Assembly (NCBI GenBank): GCA_963797645.1
Contig: CAWCQC010000016.1
Span: 14,172 to 78,171 of the forward strand
Length of the DNA: 64,000 nt
Source of the DNA: an uncultured Thermoleophilia bacterium
GTDB taxonomy: Bacteria > Actinomycetota > Thermoleophilia > Gaiellales > Gaiellaceae
Direction of reading: 5' to 3'
Shown piece after piece: positions 37,913 through 47,958 of the stretch. The position numbers were made by a program, and so were the translations under genes. The notes beneath the pieces were generated by a model. It worked only from the letters and a program-made list of their open reading frames with translations. It was not told the DNA's origin and did no database searches. The number at the start of each line of letters is the position of its first letter. Position 1 is the first letter of the stretch.

Positions 37913-38970
37913 GGGCGGCCGTCTATCGGGGGGCGCGAAACGTCGCGGTGGAGTCGGTTGCCGATCCGCCTCCCCCGGGCCCAGACGAGGTCGTGCTACA
38001 CGTGAGTCACGCCTCGATCTGCGGCACGGACGCGGCGGAGTGGTGGGACGGCCCTCACCTCGTCTCGCTGTCGAAGACACATGCAGTGACCGGAAATGCA
38101 GGGCCTGTCGTGCTCGGCCACGAGTTCGTCGGGGAGGTCGCGTCCGTCGGCGCTGAGGTCGCGAACCTGCACGTCGGTGACCGCGTCGTCTCGGGAGCCG
38201 GCGTGTCCTGCGGAGCATGCAGCTGGTGCCGGTCGGGACGGACGAATCTGTGCGAGCGCTACTACACGCTCGGCCTTCAAGTCGACGGCGGCTTGGCAGA
38301 GCTCGTCACGACGCCGGCAAATATCTGCGTGCCTGTCCCCGACGCATGCGACGACGTCTCGGCGGCCATCGCGCAGCCGCTCGCCGTCGCGCGCCACGCG
38401 CTAGCCCGTGGCGCTCCGCGTTCGGGCGAGGCGCTCGCCGTGATCGGAGTGGGCGGCATCGGGAGCTTCGTCATCGCCTGCGGAGTCGGTGCCGGGATGT
38501 CGCCGGTCATCGCCGTGGACGTGAACGAGCAGCGGCTCGAGACGGCCCGCCTGCTTGGCGCCAGCGACCTCGTGGACGCGCGCTCGGAATCGCCGGCAGC
38601 TGCCATCCGCGCGGCAACGGACGGCGAGGGTGCAGACATGGTCGTCGAGGCGTCCGGCACCGCCGCCGCACCGGCGACCGCGGTCGCTGCGACCCGACGG
38701 GGAGGACGCATCGTCCTGCTCGGCCTGCAGCACGCTCCCGATGAGATCGATCTGCTCGCCCTCACGCTCGCCGAGATCGAGCTCGTCCCGAGCGTTGCTC
38801 ACGTCTGCGACACCGACCTGCCGCATGCGCTCGCGATGCTCGCGGGCGGCAACCTCGCTCCGACGATCGTCGATCGCGTGATCCCCCTGGGGGCAGTCGT
38901 CGAGGATGGACTGCGGCCGATCGCCGAGCGGTCAGTCTCAGGGAAGGTCGTCGTGGACGTCCGAAGCTAG
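37909..38970 (+). CDS. zinc-dependent medium-chain alcohol dehydrogenase
   Basis: GTG overlaps the GntR stop (GTGA). CGTD, GHEFVGEV, structural-zinc CGACSWCRSGRTNLC and Rossmann VIGVGGIGS. Confidence 0.9.
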   Translation: MRAAVYRGARNVAVESVADPPPPGPDEVVLHVSHASICGTDAAEWWDGPHLVSLSKTHAVTGNAGPVVLGHEFVGEVASVGAEVANLHVGDRVVSGAGVSCGACSWCRSGRTNLCERYYTLGLQVDGGLAELVTTPANICVPVPDACDDVSAAIAQPLAVARHALARGAPRSGEALAVIGVGGIGSFVIACGVGAGMSPVIAVDVNEQRLETARLLGASDLVDARSESPAAAIRAATDGEGADMVVEASGTAAAPATAVAATRRGGRIVLLGLQHAPDEIDLLALTLAEIELVPSVAHVCDTDLPHALAMLAGGNLAPTIVDRVIPLGAVVEDGLRPIAERSVSGKVVVDVRS

Positions 38971-39058
38971 CGAGCTGCAAGAACAGCCGCCATCGCTGCT
39001 GCTGCTCGCGCTCAGTGCGGCTGAGCCACCCTCCTATGCCCCGCGCTATGATCACGCG

Positions 39059-39616
39059 ATGCTTCGCAGGATCCGGGCGGGCCTCGCAGCGTCGATCCTC
39101 GTCTTGGCACTCGCCGCCGCCTGCGGAGGCGGCACCGAGAGTGACCCGGCTGCCGCTTGGGCGAACGGTTTCTGCTCCTCGCTCACGACGTGGGGTAATC
39201 AATTGCAGACGAGCGTCGATTCGTTGACGAGCGGAGGCATCACGATGGACTCCGTCTCGACGGCGATCGACGACGTCAAGGGCGCGACCGATACCCTCAA
39301 ATCGGATCTGCAGGGTCTCGGCGCACCCGACACGTCGGACGGTCAGGAGGCCCAGGACTCGGTGACCACCCTCGCGGATGACCTTGAAGCGGATGTCGAG
39401 GAGATCAGGGCCGCCTTCGAGGGTGCATCCGGCGTCAGCGAATTGCCCGCAGCGGTATCGACCGCCACGGCGACAATCGCGACCATGCAGGATCAGATCA
39501 CGACGACCTACAACACCCTCCAGGGACTCGACCCGGAGGGCCAGCTGAACGCTGCCCTTCAGAACTCCCAGGACTGCCAGCAGCTCCAGCAGCAGTTCGG
39601 CCAGACCGGATCCTGA
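39059..39616 (+). CDS. lipoprotein, helical, Asp/Thr/Gln-rich
   Basis: MLRRIRAGLAASILVLALAAACGG carries a lipobox (LAAC). No family recognised. Confidence 0.75.
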   Translation: MLRRIRAGLAASILVLALAAACGGGTESDPAAAWANGFCSSLTTWGNQLQTSVDSLTSGGITMDSVSTAIDDVKGATDTLKSDLQGLGAPDTSDGQEAQDSVTTLADDLEADVEEIRAAFEGASGVSELPAAVSTATATIATMQDQITTTYNTLQGLDPEGQLNAALQNSQDCQQLQQQFGQTGS

Positions 39617-39896
39617 CATCGGTCAAAACGACCGTCGATCGGCGCCTTGTCTAGGCGTCGCTGATCTCTCCCAGCGCGGATAGAGGTCACCGTCGTATGA
39701 GGTCGACTTGCAGAGAAACGGGCCGTCGCGTCCCGCTCGCGGTCGGCCGTCCCGGAGCTCGCGCTCGCGCCCGGCGGGCGGAGCACGGTAGAGCCGCTGA
39801 AAATCCGTAGAAAACACTGACCGCGATCCGTCCTTCCACCGATGACGCGCGGGCCATGCTCGCGCAAATGTCCCCCAACCGGCTGAAGGAGGCGCG

Positions 39897-40196
39897 ATGA
39901 CGCTCGGCGTGGCAACGCGACCAGCGCGCCAGCACGATCCCTTCGTAGGGCGCGCCGACGAACTGGATTCGCTCGAGCAAATCCTCGACGAGCTCGAGCG
40001 AGGCCGGCCGGGTGCGATCGAGCTGGTGGGCGAGCGGGGGATCGGCAACACGCGACTGCCACGGGAGCTCGCGACTCGCCGCTCTAGGCTCGAGCGTTCG
40101 AGCCCGACCCACGACCGAGCCCCGGCAAGAGGTCAAGCCGGCCCACGTCGCCGCATGGACCGTCCAGAGATGGCAGGGAAAGGAGCCTATTCATGA
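39897..40196 (+). pseudogene. N-terminal fragment of a large ATP-binding LuxR/AfsR-type regulator
   Basis: FVGRADELDSLEQILDELERGRPGAIELVGERGIG resembles the start of AAA/LuxR regulators, including the start of the P-loop. The translation then degenerates and nothing continues it. Confidence 0.45.
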
Positions 40197-41298
40197 CCGC
40201 TTCTGCAGACGAACAGAAGACGATGCAGCGTGTCGTCGTCGATCACTTCGGTGGGCCCGAGGTCTTGAGGGTGGTGGAGGACGACGTTCCCCAGCCGGGG
40301 CCGGGCGAGGTCCGCGTCCGGGTTCTGGCCGCCGGGGTCTCGTACACCGACGCCATGCTGCGCGCCGGCACGTATCTCGGCGTGCCGAAGCCGCCGTTCA
40401 CGCCCGGCTACGAGCTCGTCGGCGTCGTCGAGGAGCTGGGCACGGGCTGCTCGAGGCTGCAAGGTGGGAGACCGTATCGGCGCGCTGACGGTGTGGGGCG
40501 CCGACGCGGAGCGCGTCTGCGTGCCGGAGGCGAACGCGGTCGAGGTGCCCGAGGACCTCGACCCGGCCGAGGTCGTGAGCCTCGTGTTCACGTACATGAC
40601 CGCCTACCAGCTGCTGCACCGCACGGCCAAGGTGGAGCGCGGCGAGACGGTGCTCGTGCACGGCGCGGCCGGCAGGGTGGGCACCGCGGTGCTCGAGCTC
40701 GGCAGCGGTGGCCGGGCTTCGCCTCTACGGGACCTGCTCGGCTCGCGATCGGGCCGCGGTCGAGCGGCTCGGTGCGGTGGCGATCGACTACCGCGACGAG
40801 GACTTCCTGGCGCGGGTGCGCGAGCTGCCCGGCAAGGGCGTGGACGTCGTGCTCGACGGGCTCGGCGGCAAGATGTCGCTTCGCTCCTTCCGCGCGCTGC
40901 GGCCCGGCGGAAGGCTTGTCATCTACGGCCACTCGGCCACGATCTCGCACGGGCACAAGAGCTGGCGAGGGTGGATCGAGTGGTACGCGGCCACCGCGAC
41001 GGTCGCACTCTGGGGGCTGCTCTCGCCTCGTCGGCGGGTGCTCGCCTACCGGATCCAGAAGCTGCGCGAGGGCCACCAGCTGCTACCCGTGGCTTCGCGT
41101 CGCCGAGCGCTTCCCGTGGGTGGAGGTCCCCGCGACCCGGAGTGGTTCCGCGAGGACTTTCGCGCGCTGCTCGAGCTGCTCCGCGAGGACAAGGTCCACC
41201 CGGTCGTGGCAGAGCGCCTGCCGCTGACGGAGGCGCGCCGCGCGCACGAGATGCTGGAGAGCTCGGCGGCGAAGGGAAAGCTCGTGCTCTTGCCATAA
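40193..41298 (+). pseudogene. quinone oxidoreductase / zeta-crystallin-like MDR dehydrogenase, at least 2 apparent frameshifts (~40460, ~40705)
   Basis: VVVDHFGGPEVLRVVEDDVPQPGPGEVRVRVLAAGVSYTD, then GDRIGALTVWGADAERV..VLVHGAAGRVGTAVLEL, then LYGTCSARDRAAVERLGAVAIDYRDED...AAKGKLVLLP. These lie in three different frames. Confidence 0.8.
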
Positions 41299-41347
41299 GC
41301 GGCCGAGGACGCTCGCCGATGGCGCGTTACCTGCGCGCTCGGATCAG

Positions 41348-41983
41348 TTACTCATCGAGCATGCCGTTGGCGATCGCGTAGCGAACGAGTTCGGCACGGG
41401 TCGTGAGGCGGAGCTTCTGCATGATGTGCGCCCGGTGTGTTTCGGCAGTTCGCACGGAGATGTAGAGCATCTTCGCGATCTCCTGGTTGGTGTGGCCGAG
41501 TGCGAGCAGTCGAAGGACTTCTCGCTCGCGTTCAGAGAGAGGGTCGTCCGTGGCACGGGATCTCGCTTCTGCTTCTGCTGCGACAAGTCGGGCACCGAGC
41601 GTGGGGTGGACGTAGCGGCCGTTTGAGGCGATCTCGCGCACGGCAGTGACGACCTCTGCATCCGCCGCCTCCTTGAGCACGTAGCCGAGCGCGCCGGCCG
41701 CGAAGGCTTCATGCACGTAGCTCGGATCGTCGTGCATGGAGAGCACGAGCACCTTTGCGTCGGGGGCGGCGGCCTGGATTGCTGGGAGTGCATCGATTCC
41801 CGATTGGTCGGGCATCGTGACGTCGAGGACGATGACATCTGGTTTCAGGTAGCGGGCTTCGCGGACGGCGTCGTTGGCGTTGCCGGCTTCTCCGGCACAT
41901 TCGATGTCGTCTTCTCGCTCGAGCAGCAGACGGAGGCCTGCGCGGACGACTGCATGGTCGTCGACGATGAGAACGCGGATCAC
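41348..41983 (-). CDS. NarL/LuxR-family response regulator (DevR/DosR-like architecture)
   Basis: MIRVLIVDDHAVVRAGLRLLL..DVIVLDVTMPD receiver domain, then LSEREREVLRLLALGHTNQEIAKMLYISVRTAETH HTH. Intact. Confidence 0.95.
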   Translation of the reverse strand: MIRVLIVDDHAVVRAGLRLLLEREDDIECAGEAGNANDAVREARYLKPDVIVLDVTMPDQSGIDALPAIQAAAPDAKVLVLSMHDDPSYVHEAFAAGALGYVLKEAADAEVVTAVREIASNGRYVHPTLGARLVAAEAEARSRATDDPLSEREREVLRLLALGHTNQEIAKMLYISVRTAETHRAHIMQKLRLTTRAELVRYAIANGMLDE

Positions 41984-43681
41984 GAGACCCGCGCCTCGGC
42001 CACGATCGTCGTTCCGGCACCGGGCGAGGATTCGATCTTCAGCGTGCCGTCGAGGAGCTCAAGGCGCTCGCGCATGCCGGTCAATCCGAGGCGATCGTCA
42101 CCCGTCTCTGCCGGGGAGAACCCGCGACCGTCGTCCTCGATCAGGACGGCGACCGTCGAGCCCTTTCGTGTGAGGAGAATGCTGACGTTGCGCGCCCGCG
42201 CGTGCTTGATTACATTCGTCAGCGCTTCTTGGACGATCCGGTAGAGCGCTGTCTCGACTTCGGATGGCAACCGCTCATCGATTTTCGCTTCGAGTTGAAC
42301 GGTGAGCCCGGTTTGCTCGCGGAACCCTTCGACGAGTCGCTCGAGCGCGGGCACGAGACCGAAATCGTCGAGGGCGCTCGGACGGCAGCTCGACCGCCAG
42401 GCGGCGGACGTCTTGGAGGGTCTGGACCGTGACCTCTCGTAGCGCTTCTGCGGATGAGCGGACGTCCTCGAGTGAAGGCGCCTCCTCGAGAGAACGCAGG
42501 CCGAGAAGGATCGAGGTCAGCGCCTGCCCGGTCTCATCGTGGAGTTCGCGTGCGAGGCGTTTGCGCTCGAGCTCCTGTGCGGCAACGACTCGGCGCAGGG
42601 CGTCGCGCTGTACCCGTTGGGAGAGGTCGACAGCGACGGCGGCACGCTGGGCAAACCACTCGGCCAGGCGCATGTCCTCGTCGGTGAAGCGCAGATCGTG
42701 CTCGTCAGTGCCGGCTTTGTCGTGAATCGAAATGACGCCGATCGCCTGACTCTTGGACGAGCAGCGGCACGAAGACGCCGGTGGAGGGGACCGGTAACCC
42801 GCTCAGCTCGCAGAAGTGCCGCATGGTGCGGCGATCGAACTCGACGTCGTCGATCAGAGAGTCGACCCGCTCTGGGCGGCGCCGCTCGAGAACGCGACCG
42901 CTCTTCGACTCGCTCCGAGAGAGCTCGACGCCGAGTCCCTTGGCACGCACCGTCATGGTCGCTCGCCTCGATGCGAAGAGTGCCCTCTCCCGCCGGTAGC
43001 GCAATGAAGACGAGCCGGGCAGCGGATCAGCTCGCGTAGACGCTTGGTGATCAGCTCGAGCAAGGCGGAGAGGTCGGTCTCGTGTGCGATCGCGTTCCCG
43101 ACCTCGGTCATCGACTCGAGCTGTCGCGACCACCGCCGCGCCGACTCGTAGAGGCGCGCGTTCTCGATCGCGACGGCCGCCTGGGCTGCGAGCAGCTGGA
43201 CGAGCTCCTCGTCCTCCTCGCTGAAGTCCTCGCCGCCTTCCTTCTCGGTCAGGTACAGGTTGCCGTACGCGACGCCCCGGAGAGCCACCTGCACGCCGAG
43301 GAACGTCCTCATAGGTGGATGATTTGGCGGGAACCCGACCGAGCGTGGATGCTCGCTCAAGTCATGTAGGCGAAGCGGCTGCGCCTCTTTGATCAGGACA
43401 CCGAGAATGCCACGACCAACGGGTAGGTCGCCGATCTCCTCGATCAGATCCTGGCTGAGACCTGTCGTCCTGAATTGTTCGAGCCCGCGACCGGCCCGGT
43501 CGATTACGCCGAGTGCCGCGTATTGTGCGCCGGTGATCGCAGCGGCGGCCTCGACGAGCCGTTGGAGGACGGCGTCGAGCGAGAGTTCCGAGCTCAGTGC
43601 GATCCCCGTCTCGACGAGCAAGCGGAGACGACCTTCCTGGCCGATCACCCAGGAAGATTGGCAGATCCGGCTGCGACCCAC
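41980..43681 (-). pseudogene. GAF-GAF-HisKA_3-HATPase sensor histidine kinase (DevS/DosS-like architecture), at least 4 apparent frameshifts
   Basis: GAF1 LSLDAVLQRLVEAAAAITGAQYAALGVID...VAYGNLYLTEKEGGEDFSEEDE; GAF2 pieces ARLVFIALPAGEGTLRIEAS and AIGVISIHDKAGTDEHDLRFTDEDMRLAEWFA; H-box LARELHDETGQALTSIL; ATPase RIVQEALTNVIKHA..DDGRGF..GLTGMRERL. Frame changes near 43000, 42950, 42735 and 42370. Confidence 0.85.
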
Positions 43682-43731
43682 CCGCGCCGGTAGGTCAGTT
43701 CTCGTCGGGCCGGATCCAGGAGAACTTCTCC

Positions 43732-43956
43732 TCAGCTAATCGCGGTCTGCCGGCGAGGCATTCGGTCCAAGCCGCCGCCGATCTCCAGACACCGGGCTCG
43801 CCAATCAGCTGCTCTACTGCGTCTTTGGCCGACGGCTCCCTCGAAGACGAAGACAGCCTCGCGGGCAGTCAGGAATACTTCATGGCTCGCGAGGGTCGTC
43901 TGTGTGAGATCGAAAGGAGGACCCTGCTCGATCAGGACGCGGGCCTGGTCTCGCAT
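43732..43956 (-). CDS. small hypothetical ORF in the same frame as the upstream ORF, separated by one TGA
   Basis: MRDQARVLIEQGPPFDLTQTTLASHEVFLTAREAVFVFEG.. is protein-like. It is in frame with 43993..44349 across the TGA at 43993-43995. Confidence 0.35.
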   Translation of the reverse strand: MRDQARVLIEQGPPFDLTQTTLASHEVFLTAREAVFVFEGAVGQRRSRAADWRARCLEIGGGLDRMPRRQTAIS

Positions 43957-43992
43957 GCTCTCGCGAAGGGGCGCGACGACGACGAACCGACT

Positions 43993-44349
43993 TCACGGGC
44001 GGTGACCGACTTTCGCGATGTGGCTGACGCGGTCGGCGATCTCACGCGTTTGCCCCAGTCCCGAGGCGCTCGAGATGAGGAGCCGGTCGCCCCCGGAGAG
44101 GTCGACGATCACGGACGACCGGCCGTCAATTCGTTCTGCAGGAGTCCGGCCGATCCTGAGAGAACTGATCTCGTCGATGCGAGCGTTTGCGGATCTCGTC
44201 CTACCGGACCGATCCGCTCCGTCGAGGTAGAGGCCGTCCGGTGTGATCACGAGTTGACCGGCGCAGACGGGCCCGAGCTCGTAGCGCCAGATGGCTGCGT
44301 AGGTCGTCGGCACGTCATTCATCTTCGGGCCACGAGTGTGCGACGGCAT
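43993..44349 (-). CDS. hypothetical protein (118 aa; Met at 44322 is an alternative start)
   Basis: MNDVPTTYAAIWRYELGPVCAGQLVITPDGLYLDGADRSGRTRSANARIDEISSLRIGRTPAERIDGRSSVIVDLSGGDRLLISS is protein-like. No family recognised. Confidence 0.55.
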   Translation of the reverse strand: MPSHTRGPKMNDVPTTYAAIWRYELGPVCAGQLVITPDGLYLDGADRSGRTRSANARIDEISSLRIGRTPAERIDGRSSVIVDLSGGDRLLISSASGLGQTREIADRVSHIAKVGHRP

Positions 44350-44474
44350 CGGGACGAGCGCTGATCAGAACTGCGGGAAACCCGCACTCGTCCGGGTGCT
44401 CATCGTGACGGCGCCGTCCCCGTCAACGTGGGCGTCGCCGGTTAGCTCTGCTGAGCAGCCATTAGCCTTCGGAC

Positions 44475-45176
44475 ATGCGCGAAGAGAAGGGTTCGGGTTT
44501 GGACGCCGTGCGTGCATTTGGTGTGATGCTCGGCGGTCCACTGTTGCTCTTTGGGGCGGCTGCTTGGAGCGTCCGTGCAACGTTGCGGGCACTGGCGGAC
44601 GGGCACCTGCCCTCATCGCGGGCCGCTGCGGGCATAGCTGGTCTCGCCGGCTACGTTGTCGTGGCGCGTCCGTGGCTCAGGAACTGGGGTTCCACGCCGG
44701 CCGAACGAGCTATGGCACTCCCTGGTGACGAAACGGTCGAGGATCCTGGTTTCCAGACGACGCGTGCCGTGACGGTTGACGCGCCGGTCGAGGAGGTTTG
44801 GCCCTGGCTCGCGCAGATCGGTCAGGATCGGGGTGGGTTCTACAGCTACGCGTGGCTTGAGAACCTCGCGGGCTGCCGGCTGCGCAATGCGCATCGAATT
44901 CATCCGGAGTGGCAGCATCGCGAGGTCGGCGAGACCATTCTCTTGCATCCGGCCAGCGGGTTGAAGCTGGCTCGCTTCGATCCGAACCGCGCGCTCGCGT
45001 TCGAGGCCGGCTGGTACTTCGCACTCGAGCCGGCGGACGGACGGACGCGACTTATCGCCCGGGGTCGAGTCCCCAGGGGCCTCGGGAGCCTCGCCTACGC
45101 GGTCCTGCTCGAGCTTCCGCACTTCGTGATGGAGCGGAAGATGCTGCTGGGGATCAAGGAGCGAGCGGAACGCTAG
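44475..45176 (+). CDS. SRPBCC (START/Bet v1-fold) family protein with N-terminal membrane segments
   Basis: ALPGDETVEDPGFQTTRAVTVDAPVEEVWPWLAQIGQDRGGFYSYAWLENL. A paralogue lies at 55503-56149. Confidence 0.75.
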   Translation: MREEKGSGLDAVRAFGVMLGGPLLLFGAAAWSVRATLRALADGHLPSSRAAAGIAGLAGYVVVARPWLRNWGSTPAERAMALPGDETVEDPGFQTTRAVTVDAPVEEVWPWLAQIGQDRGGFYSYAWLENLAGCRLRNAHRIHPEWQHREVGETILLHPASGLKLARFDPNRALAFEAGWYFALEPADGRTRLIARGRVPRGLGSLAYAVLLELPHFVMERKMLLGIKERAER

Positions 45177-45418
45177 GGACCCCTGCATCCGGCGGATCTG
45201 TACCGAGGCCTTCCTGGTAGATCGCGATTACGACATCGTGCAGCTGAGGAGCCGTCAGCACGCGACGTGCGCGAGCCAACGGTATTGACGCTCTGGGCTG
45301 GCGATAGGAAACGAGCGGTACGTCGCGTCGGCGGCTACTGGCCGCGGAATCCCCCGAACCCGCGACACGCGCCTCGTCGAGAAGAATGTGAGCCCGCCTG
45401 CCCTTCCCTCGAGTGCCA

Positions 45419-45826
45419 CTACCGTACGACGAGCACGTCACAGGGCGCGTGATGTACGACGTCCGTGCTGACCGACCCGAGCAGCGATCTCCCGATTGGG
45501 CCCCGTCCGTGTGTGCCGACGACGAGCAGCCCGGCGTTTGCTGCTTCGGCCTCGTTGACCAGTGCCTTGGCAGGGTCCCCCCGGACCTCAACCAGCTTGG
45601 CAGTGATGTGACGCTCGCTCAGCATCGTCCCTGCTTCGTTGAGTGCCCGCTTGCACTCCTCGACCTCGATCGGATCGACAGCGGTGACCGATCCTTTGCC
45701 CTGGGGCATGAGGGGCTCGGCGGCGACGACGTGAAGCACTTCGCCGTTGGTGCAGAGTCCCGCTGCTCGTTCGAGTGCGCGCTTCGCGCATCCCGATCCG
45801 TCGTATCCGACCACGATCGCTTTCAT
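45419..45826 (-). CDS. universal stress protein (UspA family)
   Basis: GGGAGGG precedes the ATG. MKAIVVGYDGS...LLVVGTHGRGPIGRSLLGSVSTDVVHHAPCDVLVVR. Confidence 0.9.
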   Translation of the reverse strand: MKAIVVGYDGSGCAKRALERAAGLCTNGEVLHVVAAEPLMPQGKGSVTAVDPIEVEECKRALNEAGTMLSERHITAKLVEVRGDPAKALVNEAEAANAGLLVVGTHGRGPIGRSLLGSVSTDVVHHAPCDVLVVR

Positions 45827-45969
45827 CGTTGTCCCTCCCTGTTGCGGCCTCGCCTGTGCGGAAGCCTTCGCCGTCATGCTCGTCTGCCAGCGCGATGCCA
45901 ACATCGGTGACGGCGCTGAGCTTGATTGCGGAAAGGCCGCAGTCTTGGCGCGGAGGACCGCTGATTGGC

Positions 45970-47958
45970 TCAGCGAAGGGCGCGCAGTGCGTTCAGGATC
46001 ACGGCGACGTCGATCGCTTCTTGCAGGAGGGCGCCGCCAACAGGGGGTATGAACCCGAAGGCGGCGAATCCCATCGCGACGAAGCTGAGCCCGATCCCGA
46101 AAAGCACGCTCTGGCGTGCGATGCGGAGTGAGCGCCGCCCGATTCCGACCGCGGTGGCGACGCGGTCGATGCGATCGACCATGATGACCGCATCGGCTGT
46201 CTCGGACGAGATCGTGGCGCCTGCGGAGCCCATTGCGATCCCTACGTCGGCCAGCGCGAGCGCGGGAGCGTCGTTGATGCCGTCCCCGACCATGACGACG
46301 GGCCGCAGGTCAGGTCGGAGCTGAATCGAGCGGACAACGTCGACCTTGTCCTCTGGCGACTGGTCTGCGTACACACGATCAACGCCCACGAGGCTCCCGA
46401 TCTCGTCCGCGATGGAGCCGCGATCACCGGTGACCATCGCTATCTCCCTGACGCCTGCCTCGCGGAGCGCCGTGACGGCGCCGGCCGCATCGGCTCGGAC
46501 GTGATCTGCCATGACGATCGCCCCGATGAGCCGGCCGTCTACCCCCACGAGGATCTTGGCCTGACCGGCGGATTCGGTCTGGTCCAGCGCGGCTGCGACC
46601 GACGTGGTCGCGCCGCCGTAGCCTCGTGCGGTCAGCCAGTCTAGGCTCCCTACCGCCACGGAGCTACCGTCGAGTACCCCCTCGATGCCCTGGCCAAGGC
46701 CCTCCGTAGCATCCGTCGGGATCGAGAGCTCGAGGTTTCGGTCGTGCGCTTCGCGGACGAGGGCGGCTCCGAGCCCGTGGGCTGAGAGCTGATCGATCGA
46801 GGCCGCGAGCCGAAGAATTTCGTCGGGCCTGACGGAGTCGAACGCGAGGATCTGCTCGACTCGTGGTGTCCCCAGCGTAAGCGTCCCGGTCTTGTCGAGA
46901 AGCACGGTTCTCGCTTCGCCGAGCTTCTCGACTGGGCCGCCGCCCTTGACCACGATGCCGGCGCGGGCGGCACGCGAAACACCTGAGAGGATCGCGATGG
47001 GGGCGGCGAGGATCAACGGACACGGTGTCGCGACCACAAGCACGGCGAGTGCCCGGACCGACTCGCCGGAGAGGCCCCAGGCGAGCCCGGCGACGGCGAT
47101 GGTGATCGGAAGGAAGATCGCGGCGTAGCGATCGGCGAGTCTGACAAAGGGCGCGCGTTCCGCCTCCGCTGCCCTAACGAGTCGAACGAGAGCGGCGTAC
47201 GCGCTGTCGGCCGCGGCCCGGGTAGCCCGGAGTTCGAATGCCTCGCCGGCATTCGCTGTGCCGCTGCGGACTGGACCGCCTTTGCGGACGACAACAGGCA
47301 GCGCCTCACCGGTCAGGGCGGATTCGTCAAGCACGGCCTCATCGGAGACGACCAGGCCGTCGACCGGTACCACTTCCCCCGCGCGGACGAGCACACTGTC
47401 CCCGACAACAAGTGCGTCCGCCGGCACCTCCTCGATCGTGTCTCCGCGACGGCGACGGCCGGTACGTGGCGCGCGCTGCACCAGCGCGGTCAGCTCGCGG
47501 CGTGCCCTCTTTCCGGCGGACGCCTCGAGCGCATTGCCGCCAGCAAGCATGAGGGCGACGACGATCCCGGCCAGGTACTCGCCAAGCGCTAGCGCGCCCA
47601 CCATGGCGACGAGCGCGATCGCGTCGACGCCAACGTCGCGCCGAAGCAGCGACTTGAGGACCGACCACGTGAGCGGGACGAGCGTGACCATGATCCCCAC
47701 GGCCCAGACGACGTCCCCGGCCCGCGACGCCCCGGCCAGGTGCAGGAACCCGCCGGCGGCGATCGCGACCAGCACGCCGATAGCAACGAGGCGTTCGGAT
47801 GTACTCCGCTCGACGACGCTGGGACGACGCGGAGTCAAGGCCGCGCCTGGTGTGCGATCTCGGTCGCTGCACGTTCCCGCCGGCGCATGAGCTCGTCGGG
47901 CGCAGAATCCTGCCCTACCAGGTCTTCGTTTGCATGCCGGTCGCCGTGCGGGCGACAC
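45970..47958 (-). CDS. heavy-metal P1B-type ATPase without an N-terminal metal-binding domain (TPCP membrane motif)
   Basis: LTGEALPV, VVATPCPLILAAP, DKTGTLT, MVGDGINDAPALA. Intact. The true start is probably internal (for example TTG 47838), because the first ~40 codons are Arg/Pro-rich and overlap the next gene. Confidence 0.9.
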   Translation of the reverse strand: MSPARRPACKRRPGRAGFCARRAHAPAGTCSDRDRTPGAALTPRRPSVVERSTSERLVAIGVLVAIAAGGFLHLAGASRAGDVVWAVGIMVTLVPLTWSVLKSLLRRDVGVDAIALVAMVGALALGEYLAGIVVALMLAGGNALEASAGKRARRELTALVQRAPRTGRRRRGDTIEEVPADALVVGDSVLVRAGEVVPVDGLVVSDEAVLDESALTGEALPVVVRKGGPVRSGTANAGEAFELRATRAAADSAYAALVRLVRAAEAERAPFVRLADRYAAIFLPITIAVAGLAWGLSGESVRALAVLVVATPCPLILAAPIAILSGVSRAARAGIVVKGGGPVEKLGEARTVLLDKTGTLTLGTPRVEQILAFDSVRPDEILRLAASIDQLSAHGLGAALVREAHDRNLELSIPTDATEGLGQGIEGVLDGSSVAVGSLDWLTARGYGGATTSVAAALDQTESAGQAKILVGVDGRLIGAIVMADHVRADAAGAVTALREAGVREIAMVTGDRGSIADEIGSLVGVDRVYADQSPEDKVDVVRSIQLRPDLRPVVMVGDGINDAPALALADVGIAMGSAGATISSETADAVIMVDRIDRVATAVGIGRRSLRIARQSVLFGIGLSFVAMGFAAFGFIPPVGGALLQEAIDVAVILNALRALR

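Noticed and set aside
45154-45591. 145-aa minus-strand ORF between the SRPBCC and universal stress protein genes (contains ..ILLDEARVAG.. and ..TAPQLHDVVIAIYQEGLGTD)
   Set aside because: It may be a relic of an older gene, but most of it overlaps the stress protein gene out of frame and no coherent family signature is visible.
41348-46000. DosR-type operator (GGGAC..GTCCC palindrome) upstream of the stress protein, ATPase or kinase genes
   Set aside because: I looked for it by eye in the intergenic regions and did not find a convincing match, so no regulatory site is claimed.
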